Shown here: positions 38,708-50,789 of the stretch, in pieces
Numbering within the stretch: position 1 is the stretch's first letter
Layout: each line of letters starts with the position of its first letter
From: Octopus sinensis
Lineage: Eukaryota
Reading direction: 5' to 3'
Assembly (NCBI RefSeq): GCF_006345805.1
Contig: NC_042997.1
Location: 199,330,001 to 199,394,000 of the forward strand
DNA: 64,000 nt
Notes under the pieces: model-generated
Seen by the model: the letters and a program-made list of their open reading frames with translations, nothing else
The model's database searches: none
Told to the model about the DNA's origin: nothing
Translations under genes and position numbers: made by a program

Positions 38708-39831
38708 AAAAAAAAAGACTGAAATATTGATTAGGAGAAGAAAATATTTACAAAATTGATTTTTCTCTGCATGAAGAAGTGATTTACTGTGTAGAGTGAC
38801 TGAACTTAACATTTTTCAGTATTAATTTTCACATCTTTATTTTGACATCTTCATATTTGGATTTTACTATTTGAGTTGAAACAGAGAGAGAGAGGGAGAG
38901 AGAGAATGAGTGTATGTGTTTGTGTGTGCATATAAATGTGTGTATGTGTGATAGTGTTTATGCAGTGTGTCACCGTTGGAAAACATCTTCAAGTGAATGA
39001 AACAGAATTCAATGCTTTTTCTTTTGAAGCAATCTCCAAAAGTCACAAAGCTTGTAATGCGTAATAATGTGATTTACATTATGTGCATCGCATTTCAGTT
39101 TAGAAATAGAAGCATAAGACATTTCTCCTCCTATGTCATATACAATCTCCATTGTTTTGGCTTTAATATATTAATGCATTCAAATATCTACCAATGTGGA
39201 TGTAAATAAAATTTTACAGAAATTTACACTTGCAATATCGTTTGCTTAAAACGTCTGTGAATTTTCATCTTCTATCTTAGGAATTACACCTGTTTCGTGG
39301 TCTGCTACCACAGCAGCTCCTTTATAGGATCCAGTTAGCTCAAGACATCATCAGGAGGAACCACGTCTGGTTTTGGCCCCTACTCCTCTACCGTTTTGAT
39401 GTGGCGGGGCCCCCCGCTTTTGGAGGTGTCTCCAGCTCAGATGTTGATGGAAACGGGAATGTCATGATCTCATTAGATTATAGTAACCAAATAACAAGTA
39501 AAAGAAATATCACAAGAAATACCCTAAACAAGAGAAAGTAGGCACAGTGTCTCTAAAAATGCAAACTGCAATTTTACACCTGACATTGAGCAAGATGTAT
39601 CATACTTCTATATTTACATCAGTTGTCTCTCTTGACAGATGCATCTGATGTCTAATTGTTCTCATCATTTAATGAAGCACCATCCGTATTACACATTGAT
39701 TGAATTATGTTTGCTCTGTTTCCCTCTAAATATTGGTATTCCCTACCCAGGACTTGCCATCTTGTAGTTCTAGAAGTCTGATACAAGACACTTATGCTTG
39801 TCTCTCTATCATACGTAATAATGGTCGAGAA

Positions 39832-40040
39832 TATATTTCTTTACTACCCACAAGGGGCTAAACACAGAGGGGACAAACAAGGAGAGACAAACGGATTAAG
39901 TCGATTACATCGACCCCAGTGCGTAACTGGTACTTATTTAATCAACCCCGAAAGGATGTAAGGCAAAGTCGACCTTGGCAGAATTTGAACTCGGAATGTA
40001 ACGACAGACGAAATACGGCTATGCATTTCACCCGGCAGAA
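39832..40040 (-). mobile_element. SINE family B
   Basis: Matches B consensus seen in the window. Confidence 0.85.
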
Positions 40041-40726
40041 TATAAAGCTGTTCTAATCATGACCATACTGCCATTATTTAAAGGTATATAGGACTGCATT
40101 ATCATATGACTCCTTTCCTGAAAATAGTAAGAGCTGCTATTCCTAGCACACACGGAGAGACTCCCTTCTAGTAATGGTAGTACACATGCACTGACCAGCT
40201 CTATCTTTCTACTTACCTCCCCTGCTAACTGCCTTCAGATGGTGACTTTTGCTCCTTTTTCTCATTAGCGTCAACTATTCTCCTTTAATACCGGCTGCTG
40301 CTTGTACATCATCTGTTATAGCCAACTGCTTGCTGAGACGTCTACAAACATGATAGATGACTTGTATTCTAATAGAAATGTCCATGTGCATATTTGCTTG
40401 TGCACAGACACATATGAACACATAGGCACAAACAAAAGACATAGCTACTTAACTTTATTATATGTGATGTGCTTGTGTGATAACAATGACAGTATTATAA
40501 AATCTCTAAATGCAGAAGGTCCACTTTCCAATGTTTCAATCAGAAGAACCATTAATAACATGGTTCATTGTCCCTCTAACTATTTTGCCACCTACAGTGA
40601 TTCCGACCGCTTCTCAAGAAATGTGTTCAATCGTGTACTTCTGATCTCCCATGCAACTATTGTGAAAGAGTTGCGTGGGAAGGAGTTTCTATTGGAAAGC
40701 AAAACCCTGGAAACTGTATTGTCTCT

Positions 40727-41137
40727 TTTACTCTTTTACTTGTTTCAGTCATTTGACTGTGGCCATGCTGGAGCACCGCCTTTAGTCAAGCAAATCGACC
40801 CCAGGGCTTATTCTTTGTAAGCCTAGTACTTATTCAATCGGTCTCTTTTGCTGAACCGCTAAGTTACAGGGAGGTAAACACACCAGCATCGGTTGTCAAG
40901 CGATGTTGGGGAAACACAGACACACAAACATACACACACACACACATACATGTATATATACATACACACATATATACACGACGGGCTTCTTTCAGTTTCC
41001 GTCATCCAAATCCACTCACAAGGCTTTGGTCAGCCTGAGGCTATAATAGAAGACACTTGCCCAAGGTTCCACTCAGTGGGACTGAACCAGAACCATGTAG
41101 TTGGTAAGCAAGCAACTTACCACACAGCCACTCCTGT
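40727..41137 (-). mobile_element. SINE family A
   Basis: Near-complete copy. Confidence 0.85.
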
Positions 41138-41709
41138 GCTGAGAATTGTGGAGTATTTTGTTTTGATTGTAGATTGTTGTTGTTTAGCCACAGGTCAACC
41201 CTGATTCATCTATGTTCAAAGATGTTCCAGCCATGACCATCCAGTGTTTTCAATCAATACTGTGCACTCACAGCCATAAAGATCAGCTTTGGTCGAGCAG
41301 ATGTTCCACCCATGGCTATATAATCATCTTCCCTCACACAGTCCACCTGTAACCATATTGTTAAAAATGTTTTGTTCTAAGATGGTAGGGTGCTGAACTA
41401 TGAAAAGGGAACTTGGCTGCAATTTCTAACAGAATCATCTTTTGTAGGAGAAGATACAATGGGTGGAAATCTTAAAAGATGCTCTGGAGTATGAATGAAA
41501 TGCTTCTTTATAAACATTTTTATAAACTATATAAAGTAAATCTTAAATTAACAGATACTAAAGGTACACTATTACTAATGTCCCAACCACATGGTTCTGG
41601 GTTCTGTCCCACTGTGAGGTACCTTGGGCAAGTGTCTTCTACTGAAGTCTAACTAAAACTTTGTGAGTGGATTTGGTAGACAGAAACTGAAAGAAGCCCA
41701 TCAGATATA

Positions 41710-42090
41710 TCATCATCATCATCATCATCATAATGGCATGGATTGGACGGTTTGACTGAGGATTGGTGAGCCAAGAGGCTGCACTAGGCTCCAATCTCAA
41801 ATTTCTACAGCTGAATGCCCTTCCTAATACCAATGCCTCCAAGGGTGTAGTGGGTGCTTTTACGTGCAACTGGCACGAAGGCCAGTCAGGCAGTTCTGGC
41901 AACAACCACACTCAAAAGGTGTTTTTTATGTGCTACCTGCATGGGAGCCAGTCCAGTGGCACTGGCAAGGATCATGCTTGAATGTTGTTTTTTCATGTGC
42001 CATCAGCACATTTCAGTTAGGTGACACTGGAAACGATCATGCTTGAATGGTGCTTTTTATGTGCCACCAACATGGAATCCAATCAGTAGC
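41710..42090 (-). mobile_element. RTE-LINE 3' UTR copy
   Basis: (CAT)n and three to four UTR modules. Confidence 0.75.
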
Positions 42091-42123
42091 CCTGGAATAT
42101 AATAATAATAATAATAATAATTG

Positions 42124-42452
42124 TGTACAGCGCTCAGGTGCACTACAACTCATCTAAAGTGTATATATAATCAGGTGTAGTTTCGGCGGATTTCGGAAAG
42201 CATGAGGGCCTTAAAGGATGCAGTGTCATGGCAGTCAACAACTGACGCAGGCAGTTTATTCCATGCTTCAGCAACTCTGAGCGCCAAAAAATGTTTCCGA
42301 AAGTCATGGGAGCTGTGTTGTTTTCTGACTTTGTAGGCATGTCCACGTGTGTTAGACACATGGAGATCAAAAAGGTGTTCAGTGTTGTTGTTGGTGAGGT
42401 GGTTGATAACTTTGTGGGTGTTTACCAAGTCCGTCACCATACAGTAACTGTG
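42124..42452 (-). mobile_element. CR1-like LINE 3' fragment
   Basis: DLVNTHKVINH...TRGHAYKVRKQHSSHDFRKHFLALRVAEAWNKLPASVVDCHDTASFK, the CR1/L2-type ORF2 C-terminus; (ATT)n tail. Confidence 0.9.
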
Positions 42453-42663
42453 AGAAAAAAAAGGTTGATATAAAACCATTAATGGGAAGTGATAAAAGCC
42501 ACCACAGGACAAATACAATGAAAAGGTGTTTAATCATTATTTCAACTTAAAATCTAATTGTGAAACAGAAAATTTAAAATGATTCTAACTATAAACAGAA
42601 TCAAAATCGTTATGGCATAGATAGGAATACATGATGTAGGAGGCATATATTTGAGCAAACCTA

Positions 42664-42896
42664 TTTCTTTACTACTCACAAGGGGCTAAACACAGAAGGG
42701 ACAAACAAGGACAGACAAATGGATTAAGTCGATTATACCGACACCAGTACATAACTGGTACTTAATTTATCGACCCCGAAAGGATGAAAGGCAAAGTCAA
42801 CCTCAGCAGAATTTGACCTCAGAAGATAACAGCAGACGAAATACTTCTAAGCATGTCGCCCTGCGTGCTAACGATTCTGCCAGCTCGTCGCCTTAA
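42664..42896 (-). mobile_element. SINE family B, full length
   Basis: 17-bp TSD atatttgagcaaaccta at 42647-42663 and 42897-42913. Confidence 0.9.
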
Positions 42897-44165
42897 ATAT
42901 TTGAGCAAACCTACGATGAAAACATTCCAGCTCTGACCAGCCTGCCATTCTATGATTTCAGGGAAATTTGGTTGCTATTTCTAGCAGGTGGAGCAAGCAC
43001 ATAGAAGTACCTGCTTGGCTTACATGATTTGATGTGTATGAGTAATGTGCAGGTAGGCAAATAGTGTTGCCTATAGATATTAAACATGTTGTAAAGCATC
43101 TGTCAACATTAATAATCAGGCAGTCGGCATGTGTGCATATTCTGCTGGAATTATGAAGTTTATTGTTATTAGTTGTGGAATTCTAAAATAGCCGATAGTT
43201 TTTAATGTCTTATTTTTCACATGTAATCATAAATTATATTAAAACTGAAAATTCAGCAAAGGTATGGAAACTGCTTAAAAGTTTGCATCTCACCTGCCTA
43301 CATTTACCTTCGATGTGATTGATTGCATGGTAGGAAGTTTTAACAACAGCAATTAAAGCTAATATAAAGTGGATAGATAAATCTGTCCAAGCAATCTAAG
43401 AGTACCAGTTGCTAAAGATGTTTCCTTTAGCCATTATTTTCAACTGGAAATTGAAGACACAAAAAAAAACAGAATAGCTTGATATAATCTCTTTTAAAAA
43501 GTTTTTTTCTTTGGATAATTACAGCATATAGAAACCAGAATGTATTTTTCTGTTCAGCATTGTGTTGGTAATCTTTGTTATTTAATAGCTTTACTTTCAA
43601 AAAAAAAGAAGATAAATGCTTCAAGGAAAGAGTAAAACAGTAAATTTGCAGCTATTGCTGCAAACACAGCATCAGTTATAGTATTTAATTAGCCCAGAGT
43701 CTCTCTCGTGATATTTTCTTGTAGGACACCGTCTTTTATTTTATTTATCTTTGGGAGGAAGGCAGTGAATTGGGGGATGCTTTGAATTTATTATAATATT
43801 GTATACAAATTATACAATATTATACTAAAATATCAAATGATTCATAGTATATATAAATTAGTAGAATATATACTGTTTGAGTTGCATAATAGTGACTTTA
43901 TCTCTAATTCATATTTTATATATTTATACTATGAAATTTGATTTAATACTAAATTGAATTTTTCCCTGTAAGTTTGGAGCTATACTCCCTAATATTATTA
44001 TTATAAATTAGTAAAATATAGAATATTTTTGGAGATGTACTAGCATAGCAAGTGATTTGATCTGAGATCGTGGGCAGGAACGAAAACAATTGCAGCATGG
44101 AGGGCGTTTATAAGCCATTTAAGAAACATAAAAACCGTTAGATTCATTTCAACATTTAAATTTAA

Positions 44166-44216
44166 TTTGTCAAAATATTTTTGTCGCTTTGAGACTCCGA
44201 CCTGTTCACTGACAAA
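44166..44216 (-). ncRNA. Hammerhead-topology motif with G3/C8 core swap (G12 position is A in this copy)
   Basis: Stem I uuuguca/ugacaaa, core GUGAACA, stem II GUCG/CGAC, (A)AA, palindromic stem III AAUAUU, H17=U. Confidence 0.55.
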
Positions 44217-44339
44217 ATTCCGTGCTGCATAAAAAAAGGGGTGGGGGCACTGAGGGTATTACATGGCCATGAGGTGGGGGCAGTGGCCCAAACAATTTGA
44301 GAACCTCTGATTTAGTCGATGCTGATACTACTGGTATCA

Positions 44340-44706
44340 GCAATGGCTCAGTAATTAGGATAGCAGGCTTGCAATCATAGGATTGCAGTTTTGATTCCTA
44401 GACTGGGCGTTGTGAGTGTTTATTGAGCAAAAACAAAGCTCCACGAGGCTCCAGCAGGGGTAGTGGTGAACCCTGCTGTACTCTTTCACCACAACTTTCT
44501 CTCACTCTTTCTTCCTGATCCTGTTGTACATGTATTTCAAAGGTCCAACCTTGTCACACTCTGTGTTATGCTGAGTCTCCCCAAGAACTACGTTAAGGGT
44601 ACACATGTCTGTGGAGTGCTCAGCCACTTGCATGTTAATTTCATGAACAGGCTGCACTGTTGATCGGATCAACCAGAAACCTTGTCATTGTAACGACAGA
44701 GTGCCA
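44340..44706 (+). mobile_element. SINE family D
   Basis: tggctcagtaattagg A-box-like, ttttgattcc B-box-like, shared tail. Confidence 0.75.
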
Positions 44707-44799
44707 AAGTATGGTTTCTACTTTTGGGTGGTTGACTGCTATTTCTTGAGATCTGTTTACTGGTATTCCTAGTTCATAGATGTGTAGCTTATCTTTTGC

Positions 44800-45030
44800 T
44801 CATATTCTGAAACTTCTTAGTAACCAACAGCTATCAATGTAGATTCTAATATCTTTGCTTCTGCTTTCTTGGTTTTGGGCAATAATTCTGTAAGGCACAC
44901 TCTAATCACTTGCTCAGGGGCTCCACAACTCAAGGAGTCCAGCACTAATTTGTGTGTTCTGTAGCTTTCTGTCAACAAATAAATACTACGGCCTCTGTAC
45001 ATTGCTCTGTCTTGGGCCCTTTGCTGTTAA
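44800..45030 (-). mobile_element. RLE-type LINE C-terminal fossil (tentative)
   Basis: RTHKLVLDSLSCGAPEQVIRVCLTELLPK...LESTLIAVG resembles the post-PD-(D/E)xK region. Confidence 0.4.
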
Positions 45031-45344
45031 GATGGTTCAGGTCTTGGAAGCAATTTTATCCTTATCATATTTCACATATCTACTCATCCATGTTTGCATA
45101 GAGCAAATGAGCATACATTGAGATTAAGTTTTTCAATGACCAGACAATCTTCCTGTCACTAATTCCCACTTGTTTCTAAAGGAGATAATACTCTCCTGGT
45201 ACACTAAACAACAATCAACTTGGAAATGTTTTATGTGGGGAACTGGAAACAAGTGACACTGTTTAAGGAGCTATTTTGTCTACAAATACTATGTAGTATG
45301 TTTGATACGTTAAGAAGCCTGGATATTTTTTGTGTTAGACAGCA

Positions 45345-45687
45345 GAGTGTTATAGTTAATGCACCATTTGTGCATGGTTGATGCCAGTACCACTGGACTG
45401 GCTCCCATGCTGGTGGCATGTAAAAAGCACCATTCGAGTGTGACTAATGCCAGTGTTGCCTGACTGGCTCCCATACAGGTGACATGTAAAAGGCATCATT
45501 CGAGCGTGACTGAGGCCAGTCCCACCTGACTGGCTCCTGTGCTGGTGGCATGTAAAAAGCACCCACTAGTGGTTGGCATTAGGAAGAGCATCCAGCTGTA
45601 GAAACCTTGCCAGTGCTCAGTCAAACCATCCAACCCATGCCAGCATGGAAAGCAAGCATTAAACAACAACAATGATGATGGTGATGA
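45345..45687 (+). mobile_element. RTE-LINE 3' UTR copy
   Basis: Three UTR modules plus tail. Confidence 0.8.
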
Positions 45688-45940
45688 AACCAACAAATAC
45701 AAAATAGATGTAAACTGTATATATATATATATATATATAATAGAACTATGTTACAAAAGGAAAATAGGAACTACACATGGTAATGTAAATGGAAAGTAAG
45801 AAAAATAAACGAAAATGCACATTGTAAATAAAAAAAGTAAAGGCTTTTTATGAAAAGTAACGAAAGATATATACAATTAGATGAACTGAGGTAGGAGTAA
45901 AAGTAATAAAAGTCATTATTGTGATTTGTTGAAGAGATTC

Positions 45941-45976
45941 AAGCATACCGGTTTCGTAAGTTACTCATCATTGCTT
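45941..45976 (-). ncRNA. Minimal PLE-type hammerhead, decayed (C3 is A)
   Basis: aagca-AUGAUGA-guaacuuac-GAAACCGGUA-ugcuu; palindromic stem III ACCGGU. Confidence 0.55.
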
Positions 45977-46611
45977 TGAATATATATATATATGTTTGTG
46001 TGTGTGTGAGGGGCTTCTTCACTTTGCATTTATTAAGCCCAATAGTATCGTACTGAACTGAAAATTGCATGAACGGGAAGAAAACTACACTGTGACACAA
46101 TTATTATCTGTGCCTCTCTATCCAGCCATGCCTGGCAGTATTATTTCTCTTTCATCTTACAACATTGTTTTCTCTTCTAATATTATTATTATTTTTTTTT
46201 TTTTTCAATGTAAAACAAAATAATTATGACAGTGCTTTTATGAACATAAAAGTTAAACAAAATGATATTAAAATATGAACAAAATGAATTATAAACTACG
46301 ACAACAACAGAAGGTAGAGCTTAAAATTTTTGATTGTGGAAGTTAAAAGAAGAGATAAAAGTGTGTGCATGTGTGTATATTGTTATTGTTTTGAACTTTA
46401 AGCAAATTTAAAACTAGTGACACGTGTACACACACACACATGCACACACACAAAACGTTGGTTTTAGATTTTCTCCAATTAGAGGTGAAAACAAGAAAAC
46501 TAAGTCAGTTTAGAAATAAATCAATATCAGAGTATTTGTGAAAGAAATGTAACAAAAATTCCTTCATAAAAATGTTAAACAGGGTTTTTCTTAGGTGTCA
46601 AAATAACAAGA

Positions 46612-46802
46612 AAATTGGTTTCGAATTTTGGCACAAGGCCAGCAATTCGGGGTGGGGGGTGGGGGGCAAGTGGGTACGCAATTACATCTACCTCAGAAGG
46701 ATGAAAGGCAAAGTTGATCCCAGCAGAATTTGAACTCAAATCATAAAGATGGATGAAATGCCACTAAGAATTTTGCCTAGCATGCTAATGATTCTGTCAG
46801 CT
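46612..46802 (-). mobile_element. SINE family B variant
   Basis: ggatgaaaggcaaagttga...gaatttgaactc...gcatgctaatgattctg. Confidence 0.7.
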
Positions 46803-47014
46803 ACTAATAGTTTCATACATAGGTGAAGTTGTCCAGGCAGGTTTTAATAATCCCCAAGCCTGATTTCTGGCCTGAAGGTTGCTTGGCAGCGTGCTATTAA
46901 AACTTGCCTAGACTACATCTCCAATGCATGACACTATTAGTAATTCATAACCGTATACTAAATGGAGTTCTTTTTTGTTGATCTTACCTTCATGAAAACT
47001 ATATATATACTATC

Positions 47015-47430
47015 CGAGCGTGATTGTTGCCAGAGCAGCTAAGTGGCTTCCGTGTCAGTGGAACGTAAAAAGCACTATTCGAGCATGATCGTTACCAGTG
47101 TCGCCTTACTGGCACTTGTGCTAGAGGCACATGAAAAAACATTCAAGCGAGGACATTGCCAGTGCCACTGGACTGGCTCCTGTGCAGGTGGCACATAAAA
47201 GACACCATTTGAGCATGGCCATTGCCAGTACCGCCCGACTGGCCCTTGTGCCAGTGGCATGTAAAAGCACCCACTACACTCTTTGAGTGGTTGGCGTTAG
47301 GAAGGGCATCCAGCTGTAGAAACTCAGCCAGATCAAGATAGGAGCTTGGTGCAGCCATCTGGTTTGCCAGTCCTCAGTCAAATTGTCGAACCCATGCTAG
47401 CATGGAAAGCGAATGTTAAATGATGATGAT
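47015..47430 (+). mobile_element. RTE-LINE 3' UTR with four ~65-nt modules
   Basis: Module starts at 47015, 47080, 47144 and 47210. Confidence 0.85.
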
Positions 47431-48329
47431 ACACACACACACATACATACATACGTACGTACGTACGTATGTATGTATGTATGTATGTATGTATATAATT
47501 ATAACTTAGGGTATCTAAGAGATACCACCACGCTAGAAATAGCAGCCAAAACCTGACTCTAAAACTACATTAAATGTTCATACAGCTCCTGGTGCTGTAT
47601 GAACATTTAATGTGGTTTTAACAGGGCTTAGAAAAACTGCAGGATTGCTGCAATACAAGTGTGAATGTATGTTGAGTAAAATCATAATTAAGTGATCCTT
47701 CTGTATTTTACCGAAAGCCAGGGACTTCTCAGCAGTCTCTTACGTGTGTGTGTGTGTGTATGCATATACACACACAAAGAAATATAATACACATATATAC
47801 ATAAATGTTCATATGCACATACAGACACACACAAATATATATATATATATATATAATCATATAAACATTCATATGTACACACACACACATCTACAACTAC
47901 AGATATACACATATAATAAATATTAGAAATTAGGAAATAGACTGGAAATTGGGTGACAGACACTATAAAAACATCAATAAAGAAATAAAAATCTTCCATA
48001 AAAACCTTGATGCAAAAATAGTAAATAAATATATAAGAGATTTACCTATTATTGATATTCTAAGTTGGTGGTTTTGATATATAATCATTAATATATTCAA
48101 AGAAAGATTTAGAAGGTAAATTGAGAATAGCCAAGTAAAAAAATAAAACACATTTTAATTACTGTATGTATGTGTGTGTGTGTGTGTAAGAGAGAGAGAT
48201 AGAGAGAGAGTATATGTGTGTGTGAAAATAGATAAAAAAATAAACGCAAATAATAAAACCACAGTATAAAAATGTTGAGGTGAGTTGTGATCAACATTAG
48301 TGTTATGGTTCAAAATGACATAACCTTCT

Positions 48330-48720
48330 TTGAAATTTAGTTAAGAACATTTCCCACAAGAACTCACATTTATTGGCTACAAACAAGTCTTTACTGATAA
48401 ATTCACATGGCTATAATGATGCTCTATCTCCAAGCAGCTATATGGATAAGTTAACAAAGATCAGTACATCAATATGCAACAGACATAGAAATATTAGCTG
48501 GTATAAGCCACCATGTAATTTACCACTTGCAATGCCAGTTATGAGAAGATACTTCACACTTCTTAGAAAGCACTTTCCCCACACAACACAGACACTCTAA
48601 ACTCTATTAAATTATCTCAACTCCTAAATCCTAAATTCTTCACAAAGCATTACAAATTAATGCTAAGGTGAACAAACACCAGAAACAAATATAGGGTAGA
48701 ACTAGCAATTGTGCTAACTC
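48330..48720 (+). mobile_element. Penelope-like element fossil (RT-EN linker)
   Basis: YNDALSPSSYMDKL...NRHRNISWYKPPCN...RRYFTLLRKHFP matches PLE Y..AL..SGY and R.RNI.WFNPP...F..L..KHFP motifs. Confidence 0.75.
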
Positions 48721-49149
48721 TAGTTCAGGCTCTGCAAAACTCCTCAATGAAGAACATCATCTAGCAATTCACTGCTCTGATAAATCATATCTCAAAAGCC
48801 TATATTTTAATGTTTGAGATGACTGGGATATTAAGTTTTGTCTAATTGATAATTTAAGCAAATGGTTTGAATAAGCCTTCAGGGGAAACTTAAAGTCCTA
48901 ATCAACAGAAATATGTTTATGTATGTATGTATGTTATTATTCAGTTTATATCAAGATTTCTAGCCAATAGAGAAAGAACTGGTTTCTAACCTAGATCCAA
49001 AGCTCCTTCATTGGAATTTTAACATCAACAACAGGTTATTTTTGTTTGTAAGTTTGTATGTATGTATGTGCAGATTTGTATGCTTTATGTATGTATTCTC
49101 ATGCCTATAGTTACATATCTAGACATGCTCATATATATATTTAAATGAT

Positions 49150-49655
49150 AAACTTCTTGAAAGTTTTACAGATTTTTACAGTTCCAGTGATGTATTGGAT
49201 TTGTAGTCTTCAAATTAGCTTTCTCCTTTCTAGTTTTGAGAAGCCTTATTTCTCAAGATTAGTATTTAGGCAGTGTGTTACATATCCAAGGGCCCCAATA
49301 ATTACAGGTATAAACCTGAACTTGTAATATGGATAGAGTAACTTCAGATTTCTCAACAGTTCAGCACAGGTGTTCTCTTTTTCACTGATCTTCAGCTTTA
49401 TGTCAACATCCCCCGAGCAGCTGATTTGCCCAACTGTGCACAGTTTCTCTTCTCTATCCCAAATCATTATATCAGGCCTTTTGTGTTTACATTTTATTGA
49501 GGTCTTCACTTGTACATTCCACCAGTATTCCTTTCTATTATGAGTGGCTATGGCTTCTACCATATTGTGGGTTCTTATTTCTTTGTTCTTGGGATTATCC
49601 TTCTGACGGATTTCCTAATAGAGTGTCCTAGCTAAGTCATGTCTCATTGGCAGAA
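49150..49655 (-). mobile_element. RLE-encoding LINE (R4/Dong/NeSL-like) 3' fragment
   Basis: RHDLARTLY*...KHKRPDIMIWDREEK...EKENT...FIPVIIGALG...LQIQYITGTVKICKTF: RHD, RPD, EK and GALG motifs of the restriction-like endonuclease. Confidence 0.9.
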
Positions 49656-49721
49656 AATAACTGTGATGGCGTATGTATGCATGCATGTCTGTGTGTCTGT
49701 CTGCCTTTACCTTTTACTTGT

Positions 49722-49996
49722 TTCAATCATTAGATTGCAGCCATTTAAGATTTTTTTTTTAGTTAAAGGAATTGACACCTGGTACTTATTTTATTGGTCT
49801 CCTTTGCCAAACTGCTAAGTTACAGGGATGTAAATACAAAGAAAGACACGTAGTTATACACTCATATACAACATCTTTTAATTTTTGTCTACCAAGTCTA
49901 CACACAAGGCTCTGGTCACCCTAGGTGCCATGCAATGTGAGTGAACCCAGAGCCATGAGGATGGGAAACAAACTTCTTACCACACAGCCATGCCTT
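49722..49996 (-). mobile_element. SINE family A (diverged)
   Basis: Recognisable tail, body and head. Confidence 0.65.
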
Positions 49997-50451
49997 GTGT
50001 GTGTGTGTGTGTGTGCATATACTTATGTGTTTGCATGTTTGTCTGTAAGCATATGGGTGTTTATGTATGTATACATCTAATTCTAGGTTGAGGAAAAAGT
50101 TTGTGAGCCGTGTTAAAATAATAAACTAAATGAACACATGTACAACAAAAATATTTAAAAAAGCATATTTTATCATGGCGCATGAACTTTTCCCTCAACC
50201 TAATAAAACAACATCCAATATAATTCAAGTGTTAATCCAATGTAGGGCTCAACGTTAGAGTTCTAGAGTCAAGTATGCAATCAACAACATCCCCTTTGTG
50301 GCGACATACATAATGCCTTTTGGTATATATTGAGTTACAATGGCTTATTCATCTGATACATTCACCACTCAAAATGTGAGACCTCATCCGCAGGACATGG
50401 CTTGCCAAACTACATTAATTTTGACAAAATACATGAGCTATTCCAACTATT

Positions 50452-50756
50452 TACATTATTTACATTCGATGGATATTTGTCATCAACGTTTTGGCTTATA
50501 TACCCTCCAGCCTTCTTCGGATGTCTTGGGCATATGGCGTAGTGGTTAAGAGCACAGGCTACTAACCCCAGGATTCTGAGTTCGATTCCAAGCAGTGACC
50601 TGAACAATAACAATAATATCGAAAAATACCTTACGAATGAGAACCCAGGTTCGAAATTTCCCCAAGACACATGAAGAAGGCTGGAGGGTATATCAGCCGA
50701 AACGTTGTGTTAACAAACAAGATAAGGACAAATATCTGTCGAATGTAAATAATGTA
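50452..50756 (+). mobile_element. tRNA-headed short element with hammerhead-like 3' part and an inverted copy of that 3' part at its 5' side
   Basis: A box 50535-45, B box 50578-89; arms 50452-50530 and 50661-50756. Confidence 0.75.
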
Positions 50757-50789
50757 CATAATTCATCATCTCTTAAATATAGAACTGTA

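Noticed and set aside
39281-39360. Hammerhead on minus (CTGATGA...CGAAAC)
   Set aside because: No stem I pairing or valid NUH placement found; at most a remnant
47015-47272. CRISPR-like repeat-spacer array
   Set aside because: The units are diverged tandem modules without unique spacers, inside a eukaryotic LINE UTR
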